DNA of 64,000 nt from an uncultured Verrucomicrobiae bacterium (GCA_963769025.1 CAVYKI010000009.1:32001-96000); one strand, 5' to 3'; shown: positions 18,797 to 30,697, counted from the first letter of the stretch. The notes: generated from the letters alone by a model not told the origin. Made by a program: numbers and translations.

Positions 18797-19864
18797 ATGA
18801 ATCGACAGAAAAATATCATCGGCGCGACCATTTTGGTCGTGCTGGCCTCCATCGTTTACTGGGTGTGGTCCAATTGGGGCCTCATCACCGTGGATGTGAA
18901 GGACAAGCCTCTCTCGGAAGTCATCCGGAGCATCGAAAAGCAGGGCGGCATCGTGCTGAAGACGAACATGGACGGGGCGAAGCCTGTGTCGATGCGCGTG
19001 ATCAAAGTCCCGCTCACCGAGGCGCTGGAGACACTCGCGGGCGTCACGGATTCGCGCTGGCGGCTGGGGTATTTCTTTGGTCCCGACAGCGGCACGGTGA
19101 AAGGCGCCGTGGAAGCGATCGCGACCGGCAAGCGCCCCGAAGGCTGGAAGAATTTCGATGTGCCGCTTTTTGCCCGTCCGGGCAGTCTCGATGATCAGCC
19201 GGTGCCGCTGGATCCGCGGCGTGACGCATGGACAGTGAAGGAACCGCAGGAGAAGACGCTTCAGGGATTCCTGGAGGCGGCGGCGATGGGTGTATCGGCT
19301 TCATTCGCATGCCCGGAGCAGTTCAATCCCTCGGTGACGAAGGCACCTTCGAGCGGCGCGATCCGGAAATCTGCGCCGCAACTCGCGAAGACCGCGGGAG
19401 CGAAAGTGGAGGAGGTTTTCATGCTGATGGGACGGCCCCAAGGTGCTGAAAGGACGGCGGACGCGGGTGGTGATGAGGACTTTGCGCCCCCCGGCCCGCC
19501 ACGTGGGAGGGGTGGCCCTGGAGGAGGGCCTGGCGGCGGACGCCCGGATGGTGGCCGCGGCGTGACTCCCACGCAGATGCGGGAGCGAGTGCTCGCGGAG
19601 ATCGCGAAGCTGCCGGCGAGCGAGCAGGCGGCGGCCCGGGCGGAGTTCGAGGAGCGCGAGACGCTCTTCACGTCGTTGCGTGATTTGCCTGAGGCGGATC
19701 GCCGGGCCAAAATGGAAGAATTCATGAGCCGACCCGAGGTTCAGGATCGGATGGCGGACCGGCAGACGTTGGGTGGCGAGCGGAAGTCTCCGGCCCAACG
19801 CATCGCCAGGTACCAGAAATACGTGGCTACAAAACAGGCGGCCAAGGCGGCGACGACGAAATGA
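18797..19864 (+). CDS. Membrane-anchored hypothetical protein with STN-like domain, Gly-rich linker and helical C-terminus
   Basis: N-terminal TM; ITVDVKDKPLSEVIRSIEKQGGI...VPLTEALETL; overlaps next gene by ATGA. Confidence 0.7.
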   Translation: MNRQKNIIGATILVVLASIVYWVWSNWGLITVDVKDKPLSEVIRSIEKQGGIVLKTNMDGAKPVSMRVIKVPLTEALETLAGVTDSRWRLGYFFGPDSGTVKGAVEAIATGKRPEGWKNFDVPLFARPGSLDDQPVPLDPRRDAWTVKEPQEKTLQGFLEAAAMGVSASFACPEQFNPSVTKAPSSGAIRKSAPQLAKTAGAKVEEVFMLMGRPQGAERTADAGGDEDFAPPGPPRGRGGPGGGPGGGRPDGGRGVTPTQMRERVLAEIAKLPASEQAAARAEFEERETLFTSLRDLPEADRRAKMEEFMSRPEVQDRMADRQTLGGERKSPAQRIARYQKYVATKQAAKAATTK

Positions 19865-20460
19865 GGAGGCACAGGATTTTCCCGTCGGCTGGCGGCTTCA
19901 CATTGATCGAATTGCTCTGCGTCATCGCGATCATCGCGATCCTCATGGGTCTCGCCATGCCCGTGTATTCGAATTTCCGCGACAAGACCGATGGCGTGAA
20001 GTGTTCCTCGAACCTTCGGCAGATCGGCGCCGCCCTGCAGGCTTACGTGGGGCAGAATGACGGGCAGTTTCCCGAGATCGAAACGGATCCGAGCAATCCC
20101 GTCTATCCGCCGGAATCGCAGGCCAGGGGCCTGCTGCCGACGCTCGCGGGGAACGGGCTCACCGAGGACGTCGTGAAGTGTCCCGCGGATGTGCGGATTC
20201 CCTCGTACAATTACTTTGCGAAGCGGGGCACAAGCTACGAGTGGGCGCCTTACGTGGATGACGAATTGGAGTCCGCTCCGCAGGTCTTCACGCGACGCGG
20301 GCAAATGTCGGTGCCGATCTCGAAGATCATCGTCTGCTTCGACACGGAGCGGGTCCATGGGATGAAGAGCGACTTCAAGAGCAAAAAGAACTACCTGTAT
20401 GCGGACGGCCACGTCCGGAATTACTGGGAGAGTTCCCCTCGCTCGAAGCCGAAAAATTAG
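19861..20460 (+). CDS. Prepilin-type N-terminal cleavage/methylation protein with C-terminal H...NxLxxDGH motif
   Basis: GFTLIELLCVIAIIAIL; CSSNLRQIG; NYLYADGHV. Confidence 0.9.
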   Translation: MRRHRIFPSAGGFTLIELLCVIAIIAILMGLAMPVYSNFRDKTDGVKCSSNLRQIGAALQAYVGQNDGQFPEIETDPSNPVYPPESQARGLLPTLAGNGLTEDVVKCPADVRIPSYNYFAKRGTSYEWAPYVDDELESAPQVFTRRGQMSVPISKIIVCFDTERVHGMKSDFKSKKNYLYADGHVRNYWESSPRSKPKN

Positions 20461-20557
20461 CGGCTGGAAATCTTCCGGGAACCGCCCATTCTCAGCGGAC
20501 CCTGCGGCGCTCCCCCCCGACTAACAAGCATCCCCGCGCCGGGTAAGATACAACACC

Positions 20558-22057
20558 ATGGAAATTTTCATCATCCGGGAAGGCCGTCAGACCGGGCCCT
20601 TCAGCAACGAAGCCGTGAAGGCGCAACTGAACGACGGAAGCGTGCGGCCGAGCGATCTGGCATGGCGCAAGGGAATGGCCGAATGGGGACCGCTGAACGA
20701 GGTGCTCAAGGCGGTTGCCGACCCCGCAGCCGACGCTGCGGCAATGCTGCCCGCCGCCGATCAAATTCCGAATGGAGTGACGGAAAAACGCGGTACGGCG
20801 ACCGCAAAGCAGAAGGCATTTCTCAAGTACCTCGGTGCGGAATTTGACGAGGGAATCGCAAGGGAACGGGCCGCGCTCGCCATCAGCGATGCGCTGGAGA
20901 ATCCCAAGCTCCAACCGCGCATCCGCAAATGGCAGGACGAGAAGCTGCGGCTGCACGGAGACGTGTTTCAGGACGAGATCGATTACCGCAGGGCGAACCG
21001 TTCGAACCGATATCTGGAACGCATCCAGACCGAGGGTTCCGAGATGCTCAAGGACGTGACGAAGGCGCACGTGCAGGTGCTGGTCGAGTCGCTCGACAAG
21101 CGGCACCCCGGTTGGGAGACCGAGCGGGAGTCAGCGCTGTGGGATTACCTCGTCCCGGCGGTCGGCGAACATTTTCCGCAGCTTGTGCTGCCGGACTTCA
21201 AGAACAGGCTGAAGCAGGGGGCCAGCGGCCTGGCAAGAAGCGGCAGCGGAGTGACACGGAGCACGCTCGCCGCGGCAGGCGTCGCGATGACACCGCCCGC
21301 GAGATCCAGCACGCTCGGAGCGATGCTGCGCGGCGTCTTGCTGGGAGCCATCGCTCTCGGCGCGATCGTCGCCGGTCATCACTATTGGCAGCGATCAAAC
21401 GGCAAGGGAGTTGCGCCAGTCGCAGGCACACCGGGGCCTGCTGCTCCGGAGAAAAGTGAAACTCCGCCGGCTCCGAACGATCCCGCTCCGAAGGAGCCGG
21501 CCGTACAGCCCCCGGACAAGCTCATCGCCGAGGCCAAGGTTCCCGACGCCGCACCGGAAATCCCTCCTGCACCCGCACCGCCAGTACCCGCGACGGCACC
21601 GATCGCGCCGAACGAACCGGCTGCTCCGCCCGTTCCGCCGATGACTGCCGAAAAGCCTGCGGAACCCGTGCCCATGGAAAAGCCAGCGGCACCTGAGGAA
21701 AAACCAGCCACTCCCGCGGTGCCCGCCGCGCCCGCGGAGGCGTCCGCCATGACACCGCCGCCCGCCGTGCCTGCGGCCCCTCGCACTGCGGTGAAATTGA
21801 TCCAAGGGATCGGCGTCATGCTGCCAAATGGACAGGTCACGCTGCCGGCCGGCACACCGCTCCGCTACCTCGGCACCGAGGGGCCGAACGTGCGCGTCTC
21901 TTGGAATAACAACGTCTTCTTCGTCCCGGCACTTGCGACCGACGTGAATGAGCCTGTCCCCGTTTCGCCCGAGCCTTCGGCGACGCCGCCCGTGCCCGCG
22001 ACGGCGCCCGCCACTCCGATGGCGCCGACGCCGAAGAAGCCGGCAGACGATCTGTAA
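20558..22057 (+). CDS. GYF_2 (DUF4339) domain membrane protein with Pro-rich region
   Basis: FIIREGRQTGPF...LAWRKGMAEW; one TM; long Pro/Ala stretch; short beta-rich C-terminal domain. Confidence 0.8.
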   Translation: MEIFIIREGRQTGPFSNEAVKAQLNDGSVRPSDLAWRKGMAEWGPLNEVLKAVADPAADAAAMLPAADQIPNGVTEKRGTATAKQKAFLKYLGAEFDEGIARERAALAISDALENPKLQPRIRKWQDEKLRLHGDVFQDEIDYRRANRSNRYLERIQTEGSEMLKDVTKAHVQVLVESLDKRHPGWETERESALWDYLVPAVGEHFPQLVLPDFKNRLKQGASGLARSGSGVTRSTLAAAGVAMTPPARSSTLGAMLRGVLLGAIALGAIVAGHHYWQRSNGKGVAPVAGTPGPAAPEKSETPPAPNDPAPKEPAVQPPDKLIAEAKVPDAAPEIPPAPAPPVPATAPIAPNEPAAPPVPPMTAEKPAEPVPMEKPAAPEEKPATPAVPAAPAEASAMTPPPAVPAAPRTAVKLIQGIGVMLPNGQVTLPAGTPLRYLGTEGPNVRVSWNNNVFFVPALATDVNEPVPVSPEPSATPPVPATAPATPMAPTPKKPADDL

Positions 22058-22185
22058 CCCGCATGGTGGGGCGCTCGCGCCGAGAGCGCCCTCACATCCG
22101 CGGATTTGAGCGCTCCCCCGGCGAAAGCGACGTAGCAAAACGCCTTGCCCACAACGCGCGGAACACGGATAACGCGCGCCCTTTT

Positions 22186-23499
22186 ATGGAACTCTGCATC
22201 ATTGGATCCGGCTACGTCGGTCTCGTCACAGGCGCCTGCTTCGCTGAAGTCGGCCATCACGTCATCTGCGTCGACAACGACCAGCGCAAGGTGGACATGC
22301 TCCAGGCTGGCAAAATCCCGATCTACGAGCCGGGCCTCGAGGAACTCGTGCACCGGAATGTCGGCGCGAAGCGGCTGCGCTTCACCACCTCCACGCAGGA
22401 GGGCGTGGACAACAGCCAGGTCGTCTTCATCGCCGTGCCCACGCCGCCGCAGCCGGATGGCTCGGTGGATATGACCTTCATCGAAAAGGTCGCGCGCGAA
22501 ATCTCCGCCGCGCTCAAGCCCGGCCAGTACCGCGTCATCGTGGACAAGAGCACCGTGCCCGTGAAAACCGGCGAGCGCGTCGCCGCCACCATCCGCCGCT
22601 ACAATCCCGCCGCCGATTTCGACGTTGTCTCGAATCCCGAATTCCTCCGCGAAGGCTGTGCCGTGGCCGACCTCATGAAGCCCGACCGCATCGTCGTCGG
22701 CACCTCGAGCGAGCGCGCCACGGACTGCATGCAGCGCGTTTATAATCCGTTCAAGGCGCCCGTCCTCGTCACCGACGTGAACAGCGCCGAGCTGATCAAG
22801 CACGCGGCCAACTCATTCCTTTCGCTCAAAATCAGCTACGTGAATGCCCTCAGCGCCATCTGCGAGGCGAGCGGCGCGGATGTCGAACTCGTGGCCGACG
22901 GCATCGGCATGGACCGGCGCATCGGCCGTCAATTTCTCAACGCCGGCCTCGGCTACGGCGGCTCGTGCTTCCCGAAGGACGTGAAGGCATTCATCGCCAT
23001 CGCCGACGAACTCGGCACGCCGTTCACGCTGCTCAAGGAAGTCGAGCGCATCAACGCCGCGCAGATGGAGCGCTTCCTGAAAAAACTCCGCGACGGCCTG
23101 TGGGTGCTGAAGGAAAAGAAAATCGCCGTGTGGGGCCTCACCTTCAAGCCCGACACCGACGACGTGCGCAACTCGCTCGCGATCGATCTCGTGAACCGTC
23201 TCGTCGCCGAGGGCGCACACGTCACCGCCTACGATCCGAAGGGCATGGAAAAGGCCATCGAGTGGAAGCTCATCCCCGAGAGCGTGAAGCTCGCGAAGAC
23301 CCCGCTCGAAGCCGTCACTGGAGCCGAGGCACTCGTCCTCGCCACCGAGTGGAAGGAATTCGCCAACGTGGACTTCGCCGAGGTGAAAGCCGCCATGCAC
23401 ACCCCGCTCGTCTTCGACGGCCGCAATCTTTTCGATCCTGCCACGATGAAGGAACTTGGCTTCCTCTACCACGGCATCGGACGGCAGCCGGTGAAGTAG
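22186..23499 (+). CDS. ugd: UDP-glucose 6-dehydrogenase
   Basis: IGSGYVGL, KSTVP, SNPEFLREG, GYGGSCFPKD, FKPDTDD. Confidence 0.95.
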   Translation: MELCIIGSGYVGLVTGACFAEVGHHVICVDNDQRKVDMLQAGKIPIYEPGLEELVHRNVGAKRLRFTTSTQEGVDNSQVVFIAVPTPPQPDGSVDMTFIEKVAREISAALKPGQYRVIVDKSTVPVKTGERVAATIRRYNPAADFDVVSNPEFLREGCAVADLMKPDRIVVGTSSERATDCMQRVYNPFKAPVLVTDVNSAELIKHAANSFLSLKISYVNALSAICEASGADVELVADGIGMDRRIGRQFLNAGLGYGGSCFPKDVKAFIAIADELGTPFTLLKEVERINAAQMERFLKKLRDGLWVLKEKKIAVWGLTFKPDTDDVRNSLAIDLVNRLVAEGAHVTAYDPKGMEKAIEWKLIPESVKLAKTPLEAVTGAEALVLATEWKEFANVDFAEVKAAMHTPLVFDGRNLFDPATMKELGFLYHGIGRQPVK

Positions 23500-23517
23500 G
23501 AGGGCAGGCGGGAGAGT

Positions 23518-26500
23518 TCAGATTCCGCCGAGCGTCCTGAGCCGCTGGGCGGAGACCGGCTGCGCGGTGCCGAGTTCCTGCGCGAAAAGCGAGACGCGGA
23601 ATTCCTCCAGCAGCCAGCGGAACGGCTCGCGGTTGTCAGCGGGCACGCGCTTTTCCCAATCGCGAAATGGCGCAAGCTGCTGCGCCTTCTCGGCGTCCTT
23701 GGCGGGGTTGAGCGAGGCGCGTTCGGCGCGGACCTGGACCGCGCGGAGGTAGCGATGAAGATGCGCCAGGCGCGTGTGCGGTGTGCGCGCGAGAAAATCG
23801 GCGGGCATCAGGCGCGCGACGTCCTGCTCAAGCCCGGCGTAGCGCTTCGGGCTGCGCGAGCACGGCCTGCCGGAGCGCGAGGAGCTGGCGCACCCAGTCG
23901 CCGAGCCGGTGCGTCAGCGCGGGCAGTTCGCGATGCGCTGATTCCGTGAGGGCTTGGAAACGCGCGGCGGTGAGCGGAAAGATGGGCGCGAGCGTGAGGG
24001 CGTGAGCGAGCAGATGCTCGTATGCGGTTTTTTGGAGGATGTCGGCGGTGATGAACGGGCCTGCCGGAGTGCTGCAGCTTCACACTCATCTGCTGGAGCG
24101 CATCGTGAAAGTTGTTTGCCTGCCGGCCCGGAACCGGGATGTGCCGCGCGAGCCCCGCGAGTTCCTTCCACAGCCAGGCGAGGTCGCGGGCGATCGCCAA
24201 TTCCGCCAGCCGACGCACACCCGCGACCGAAGCGCGCTCCGCGTCCTCGCGCTTGCGGAACAGGCGCACGTTCACCGCGCTGTCGCGCAGTTCCAGTCCC
24301 GGATACGCGAGCAGCGGCGCGCCGCCGACATTCCTCGACGACGATGGACTCCGGCAGATCGCCGAACGACCACGCCGCCACGCCTCGCCGTTCCCACTGC
24401 CGCGCGGCCTTTTCCCACGCGCCGGAGCGGACATCGCGGCTCTCCACCGCCGCCTGGATCGCCGCGAGATCGCGGCCTGCGGCCACCGTCTTGTTGCCGC
24501 GATCGACGACTTCCACGCGCGGCTGCAAGTGCGCGGGCAGGCTCTGCGGCGGCCAGTCCGCCGCGCGCACGGGCTGACGCGATATTTCCGCGTGAGAAAC
24601 TCCGCGAGCGCCGTGAGGAAGTCCTCGCGGCCCGGCTGAAACTCCGCCGCGACCTCGCGGATTTTCGGCTCCAGCGGCATGAGCGTTTTGCGCACGGTTT
24701 TCGGCAGCGCGCGCAGCAGCACGGCGATCTGCTCCTCGCGCAGGCCGGGGACCATCCATTGGAGTTGGCCGCTGGTGAGGTGCTGCGGCGACGGGCAGCG
24801 GCACGCGCACGGTCACGCCGTCCGTCTCCTCGCCGGGCGTGTAGGCGTAGGTCAGCGGCAGCGCGGTGTTGCCGAAGCGACACTTGGTCGGGAAACAGCG
24901 CGCGGTCGTAGGTCGCGTCGTCATCGCCGATGAGGTCGGCCTCCGTCGCGCAGAGAAAATCCGGCTCGCGCGTGATGCGCGCGCGCACGAGTGCGATTCA
25001 GATCATGCACCGAGGAGACGCCCGTCGATGCGCTCGGCGTAGAAAAGGTAGAGCGATTCATCGAGATCATGCGCGCGCCGGCTGCGCACGCGCGTGAGCG
25101 CGGTCTCGATCTTCTCGCGCACCTTGTGGTTTTCGGCGAAGAACCGGTGCGGGAGCTTCGCCTCCTCCGCGACCAGCGCGCCGCGGATGAACAGCTCCGT
25201 GGCCTCGGCGGGCTCGATGCGCCCGTAGTCCACGTGCCGCCGCGAGATTTCCAGCCCATGCACCAGCACGCGCTCGAGCACGAGCACGCGCCCGGCCTTC
25301 GCGCTCCAGTGCGGCTCGGTGTAGCGGAAGTGGCAGAGGTGCGCGCCGAGCTCGATGCACCCACTCCGGGATTGATGCCCGCCACCGTGCGCGCGAAGAG
25401 CTGCGACGTCTCCACGATCTCGCCCGCGACGATCCACGGCGGCTGCTTGCTCTTCGTCCTCGGGCTTCGCGGAGCGGCGCCTTTGCGCGGCTTCTCCCGG
25501 CGCTCGTAGAGATTCGATCCGGGGAAAAGCGTCACCAGCCGGTTGCCCGAGGCCTTGTAGGTATTGCGCTCCTGCCGCTGCGCGATCTGCCCGAGCAGAC
25601 CGGCGAGCACCGAGCGATGAATCGCGGCGTAGCTCGCGTCTGCGCGGGTCGTTGTTCGCAGGCGGGCACCGGCCTGCGGTTCCGGCCTGGGCGCATCGTC
25701 CTCCACGGCATCGGCGAGCTGGCGGTGGATGTCGCGCCACTCGCGCATGCGCGACTGGGAGAGGAAGTTCGCTTTGCAGAAACGCCGCAGCGCATTGCGC
25801 GCTGCCCTTCGTCTCCGGCTCCGGCGCCGCGCGCCAGATATTCAGCAGGGAGAGGAAATCCGAATCGGGATCGGCGAAGACGCGATGCGCCGCGGCGGCC
25901 GGCTTCCTTCTGCTCCTCCGGCCGCTCGCGCGGATCGGGCACGCTCAGCCCGGCGGCGATGATCGAGCATCTCCGGCAGCGCCTTCTCCTGCCGCGCCTG
26001 GAGCAGCATGCGGCCGAGCGTGGGATCGACCGGCAGCCGCGCCAGTTCGCGCCCGAGCGGCGTCAGTTCGTTCGTGTCATTGAGCGCGCCGAGTTCGTGC
26101 AGGAGCGTGTAGCCCGCGCGGATGGCGGCGGCGTGCGGGCGGATTGAGGAAGGGGAACGTCTCGATCTCGCCGAGCCGGAACGCCTTCATCCGCAGGATG
26201 ACCTCCGCGAGATTCGCGCGCTGGATTTCCGGCTGCGTGAAGCGCGGGCGCTTCTCAAAATCCTCCTGCGTCGTAGAGCCGGATGCAGATGCCGTCCTGC
26301 ACGCGGCCCGCGCGGCCCGGCGCGCTGATTCGCGCTGCTCTGCGAGATCGTCCTCGACCGGCAGGCGCTTCGTGCGCGTGCGCGGATTGTAGCGGCTCAT
26401 GCGCGCGAGCCCGGCATCGATGACGTAGCGGATGCGCGGCAGCGTGAGCGAGGTCTCCGCGATATTCGTCGCCACGATCACGCGCCGCCGCGGGCCCGGC

Positions 26501-27351
26501 GCGAAGATGCGCTGCTGCTCCGCGGCCGGCATGCGCCCGAAAAGCCCGATCACCTCGATGCCCGCGCCGAGGCTGCCCTCCAGCAGTTCGCGCGTGTCGC
26601 GGATGTCGCGCTCGGTCGGCATGAAGACGAGCACGTCGCCGGCGTCCGATTCGATGAGCGCATCCTCCGTCGCGCGCACCGCGGCCTCGATGTGGCTCAA
26701 CTCGTCCGTCATCGTCGTCCTTCGCGTGCGACTCGATCGGCGCGTAGCGGATCTCCACCGGCCAGAGCCGCCCCGAGACCTCGATGATCGGCGCGCCGCC
26801 AAACGCCTGCGAGAACGCCTCCGTGTCGATCGTCGCCGAGGTGATGATCAGCTTCAGGTCGCGCGCGCCTGCTGCAGCAGCCCCTGCAGATAGCCGAGCA
26901 GGAAATCGATGTTGAGCGAGCGCTCGTGCGCCTCGTCGAGGATGAGCGCGGAATACGCGCGCAGCATCGGGTCGCTCTGGATCTCCGCGAGCAGGATGCC
27001 GTCGGTCATGAACTTGATCCGCGTGTCGCGCCCGGTGTCGTCGTTGAAGCGCATCTTGCAGCCCACCTCGCGGCCCCACGTCACGCCGAGCTCCTCCGCC
27101 ACGCGCCGCGAGACGCTCAGCGCCGCCACGCGCCGCGGCTGCGTGCAGCCGATCCGCCCGCGCTCCGCCAGCCCGGCCTCCAGGCACATCTTCGGCAGCT
27201 GCGTCGTCTTTCCCGAGCCCGTCTCGCCCGCCACGACCACCACCTGATGCTCGCGCAACGCCGCGACGATCTCCTCGCGCCGCGCGCTGATCGGGAGGTC
27301 TTCCGGATATCGGATCACGGGCGCTCGTCCTTGAGTCGTCACTGGTGGCAA
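23518..27351 (-). CDS. hrpA: ATP-dependent RNA helicase HrpA (many apparent frameshifts)
   Basis: [38 protein letters not shown]-terminal [17 protein letters not shown] (DUF3418 type). Confidence 0.9.
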
Positions 27352-27486
27352 TCGTGTGGCATTCCTTCGAACTTGCGTGCGAAGTCACCCGCAACGCAAC
27401 CGCGAGTTGCCTCGCAGTCGCCATGGGTATTCACGTTTCGCTCGCGCGCAGGGGATGCCTCTGTAGGTTCCCGGGCTTTTCGTCCC

Positions 27487-29036
27487 ATGTCAGCCAAACC
27501 GATCAAGCCCGCCGCACCGAGCGCGGAAGAACTGAAAGCCGCCGTCGAGTTGCTGGAGCGGGTGGCCCGCGACCGGGCGCTGCTCGCCGGACTGCCTGAG
27601 GAGGAAAGGACGAGGCTGGTGCAGGCGGCGGGCGAGGTCTTTTGCCCGGATCTGCGCGAACGTCGCAGGCTGGTGAAAGCGAAGACGCGGCAGCGTAAGA
27701 CCGAGCAGCTCCAGCGCGATCAAGGCCAGCTCGCCGAGACGGGCATCCGCAAGCTGCGGAAGGAAAAGGTTTTCACGACGCCGAATGTTTTTCCGCCGCT
27801 GGACTTCCAGCAGGTGGAAGTGGAGGGCGACGCGGAATTCCGCGAAGTCGTCGAGCCGCAGAACTGCTACATCTGCAAACAGGACTACTCGGCGATTCAC
27901 CATTTCTACGACCAGCTTTGCCCGGCATGCGCGGAGCTGAATTTCCGCAAACGCAGCGAGACCGCGGATCTGCGCGGGCGCGTGGCGCTGCTCACGGGCG
28001 GTCGCGTGAAGATCGGCTACCAGGCGGGCATCAAGCTGTTGCGAGCTGGCGCGCATTTGATCGTGAGCACGCGCTTCCCACGCGATTCGGCGGCGCGCTA
28101 TGCGCAGGAGCCGGACTTTGCGGAATGGGGGGATCGGCTGGAGATCTTCGGACTCGATCTGCGCCACACGCCGAGCGTGGAGGCATTCTGCCGGCATCTG
28201 CTCGCGACGCGACAGCGGCTGGATTTCATCATCAACAACGCCTGTCAGACCGTTCGTCGTCCGCCGGATTTTTACGAGCACATGATGAAGGGCGAAACCG
28301 CGTCGCTCGACGAGATGCCGGAGAATGCGCGCCATCTGCTCGGCGCGTACGAAGGTCTGCGTGGCTACCACATGCTGCCCGAGGTCGATCGCGCGCTGGC
28401 CGAGCGGCGCATCTCGGAAGTCGCCGGACTCACGCACGCCGCGGCGCTGTCGCAGGTGCCGCTGCTGCCGGATGAATTTGCGGCGCAGAAGGATCTCTTC
28501 CCGGAGGGCCGTCTCGACCAGGACTTGCAGCAGGTCGATCTGCGCGAGCGCAACTCATGGCGGCTGATGCTCGCCGAGGTGCCGGCCGTGGAACTGCTGG
28601 AGGTGCAGCTCGTGAATGCCATCGCGCCTTTCATCCTGAACGCCCGGCTGAAGCCGCTCATGCTGCGCACGCCCGGAGCGCGACAAGCACATCGTGAATG
28701 TCTCCGCCGTCGAGGGGCAGTTCTACCGCAAGTTTCAAGACGACGCGGCATCCGCACACGAACATGGCCAAGGCCGCGCTCAACATGATGACGCGCACCT
28801 CGGCCGCGGATTACCTCGCCGATGGCATCCACATGAACAGCGTGGACACCGGCTGGGTGACGGACGAAGACCCCGCGCACATCGCTGCGCGCAAGGTCGA
28901 GGAACATCGCTTCCATCCGCCGCTCGACATCGTGGACGGCGCGGCGCGGATCGTGGATCCGATCATCGCCGGCTTCAACACTGGCGAGCACGTGTGGGGA
29001 AAATTCCTGAAGGACTACAAGCCCGCACACTGGTAG
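27487..29036 (+). CDS. SDR-family oxidoreductase with N-terminal Zn-finger (frameshifts near 28680-28740)
   Basis: CYIC...[43 protein letters not shown]. Confidence 0.85.
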
Positions 29037-29255
29037 CAGGGCGGGGGGAGCTCGGAAGCAAGGAGCTTGGCGAGCGTCAGAATGCCATGTGCTCCCGAAT
29101 CCGCGATTGCGTGAATGACGCACGGCGCTAAGGTCGGCGCGCCGTCGGGTTGCGTTGCTGTGCATTTGCGCAACGCTGCGATGCCGCGGCAGGAAATCAG
29201 CGCGTGATTCCGGGAAAATTACCGGAATCGCTTCAGCGGAACATCCTGTGAAGAA

Positions 29256-29337
29256 GCCGGGGTGGCGAAATTGGCAGACGCGCCAGACTTAGGATCTGGT
29301 GGAGCAATCCGTAGGGGTTCGAGTCCCCTCCCCGGTA
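29256..29337 (+). tRNA. tRNA-Leu(TAG)
   Basis: Acceptor GCCGGGG/CCCCGGT, D-loop TTGGCAGAC, anticodon arm CCAGA-CTTAGGA-TCTGG, long variable arm, T-loop GTTCGAG; CCA not encoded (followed by CCT). Confidence 0.96.
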
Positions 29338-29487
29338 CCTCCCCTGGAGAAAGAGGGAGGCGAGTTGTCGGCCACCCATATCCCAAAAGCTGCGGAGTCG
29401 CATATCGAGAGCCTGCCGCTCCCTCAATTCCTGAGTGATGAGGCTCCCTCACAGTAATAGGAAGAGAAGGCAGCGCTTCTCGTGTTG

Positions 29488-30697
29488 CTACGGCTTCTTC
29501 CCCTCGAGCAGAAACTCCGCGGCCTGCGCGACGTCCTTGTCGCCGCGGCCGCTGAGGTTCGCGATGATGAGTTGATCCGGGCGCATCTTCGGGGCGCGCT
29601 TGAGGACGCCGGCGATGCCGTGCGCGCTTTCGAGCGCGGGGATGATGCCCTCCCAGCGGCTCAGCTTGCTGAAGGCGTCGAGCGCCTCGTCGTCGGTCGC
29701 GAAGTCGTAATCGATGCGGCCCTGCTCGTTGTAGATAGGCGTGCTCGGGGCCGACGGCGGCGTAGTCGAGGCCGGCGCTGACGGAATGCGTGAGCTGGAT
29801 CTGGCCGTCGTCGTCGGCGAGCAGCCACGTCTTCGTGCCCTGCAGCACGCCGAGCTTGCCGCCTTGGAAACGCGCGGCGTGTTCGCCATCGCGGATGCCG
29901 CGTCCGCCGGCTTCGACGCCGAGCATCTTCACGCCCTCGTCCTGCAGGAACGGCCAGAACAGCCCGATGGCATTGCTGCCGCCGCCGACGCACGCGACGA
30001 GCAGGTCGGGCAGACGCCCTTCCTTTTCCAAAATCTGCCGCCGCGCCTCCTCGCCGATCACGCGGTGGAAATCGCGCACGATCATCGGGAACGGATGCGA
30101 GCCGAGCGCGCAGCCGAGGATGTAATGCGTGGTGCGGACATTCGTGACCCAGTCGCGCATCGCCTCGTTCACGGCCTCCTTCAGCGTGCGCTGCCCGGCG
30201 GTGACGGGCACGACTTTCGCGCCGAGAAAATTCATCCGCGCGACATTCAGCGCCTGCCGCGCCATGTCCACCTCGCCCATGTAAATGACGCACTCGAAGC
30301 CGAACCGCGCGCACACCGTGGCCGTCGCGACGCCGTGCTGCCCCGCGCCCGTCTCGGCGATGATGCGCTTCTTGCCCATGCGCCGCGCGAGGAGGATTTG
30401 CCCGAGGGCGTTGTTGATTTTGTGCGCGCCGGTGTGGAGCAGGTCCTCGCGCTTCAGGTAAATTTTCGCGCCGCCGAGCTGCTGCGTGAGACGCTCGGCG
30501 AAGTAGAGCGGCGTGGGGCGCCCGACGTAGTCCTTGAGCAGGCCGTTCAGCTCGGTGTGGAAAGCGGGATCGGCCTTCGCCTTCTCGTATTCAGCGGTGA
30601 GTTCGAGCAACGCCGTCATCAGCGTCTCGGGCACGAACATGCCGCCGAAGCGGCCAAAGTGGCCCTTGGCGTCGGGAAGATTGGCAGTAGAAATCAT
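29488..30697 (-). CDS. trpB: Tryptophan synthase beta subunit (frameshift near 29740)
   Basis: [54 protein letters not shown]. Confidence 0.95.

Noticed and set aside
21420..21790. DNA tandem repeat in the GYF_2 gene
   Set aside because: Low-complexity Pro/Ala coding sequence without a regular nucleotide repeat unit
22069..22091. Terminator after the GYF_2 gene (GGGCGCTC...GAGCGCCC hairpin)
   Set aside because: Stem present but no U-tract on either strand, so termination cannot be supported
23518..27351. hrpA as a true pseudogene or programmed frameshifting
   Set aside because: Indels are scattered, lack consistent slippery sites and also hit housekeeping genes such as nuoD and trpB, so sequencing error is more parsimonious
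29338..29487. Integrative element at the tRNA-Leu 3' end
   Set aside because: Only ~150 nt of slightly lower-GC sequence before trpB; no integrase or duplicated tRNA 3' end found
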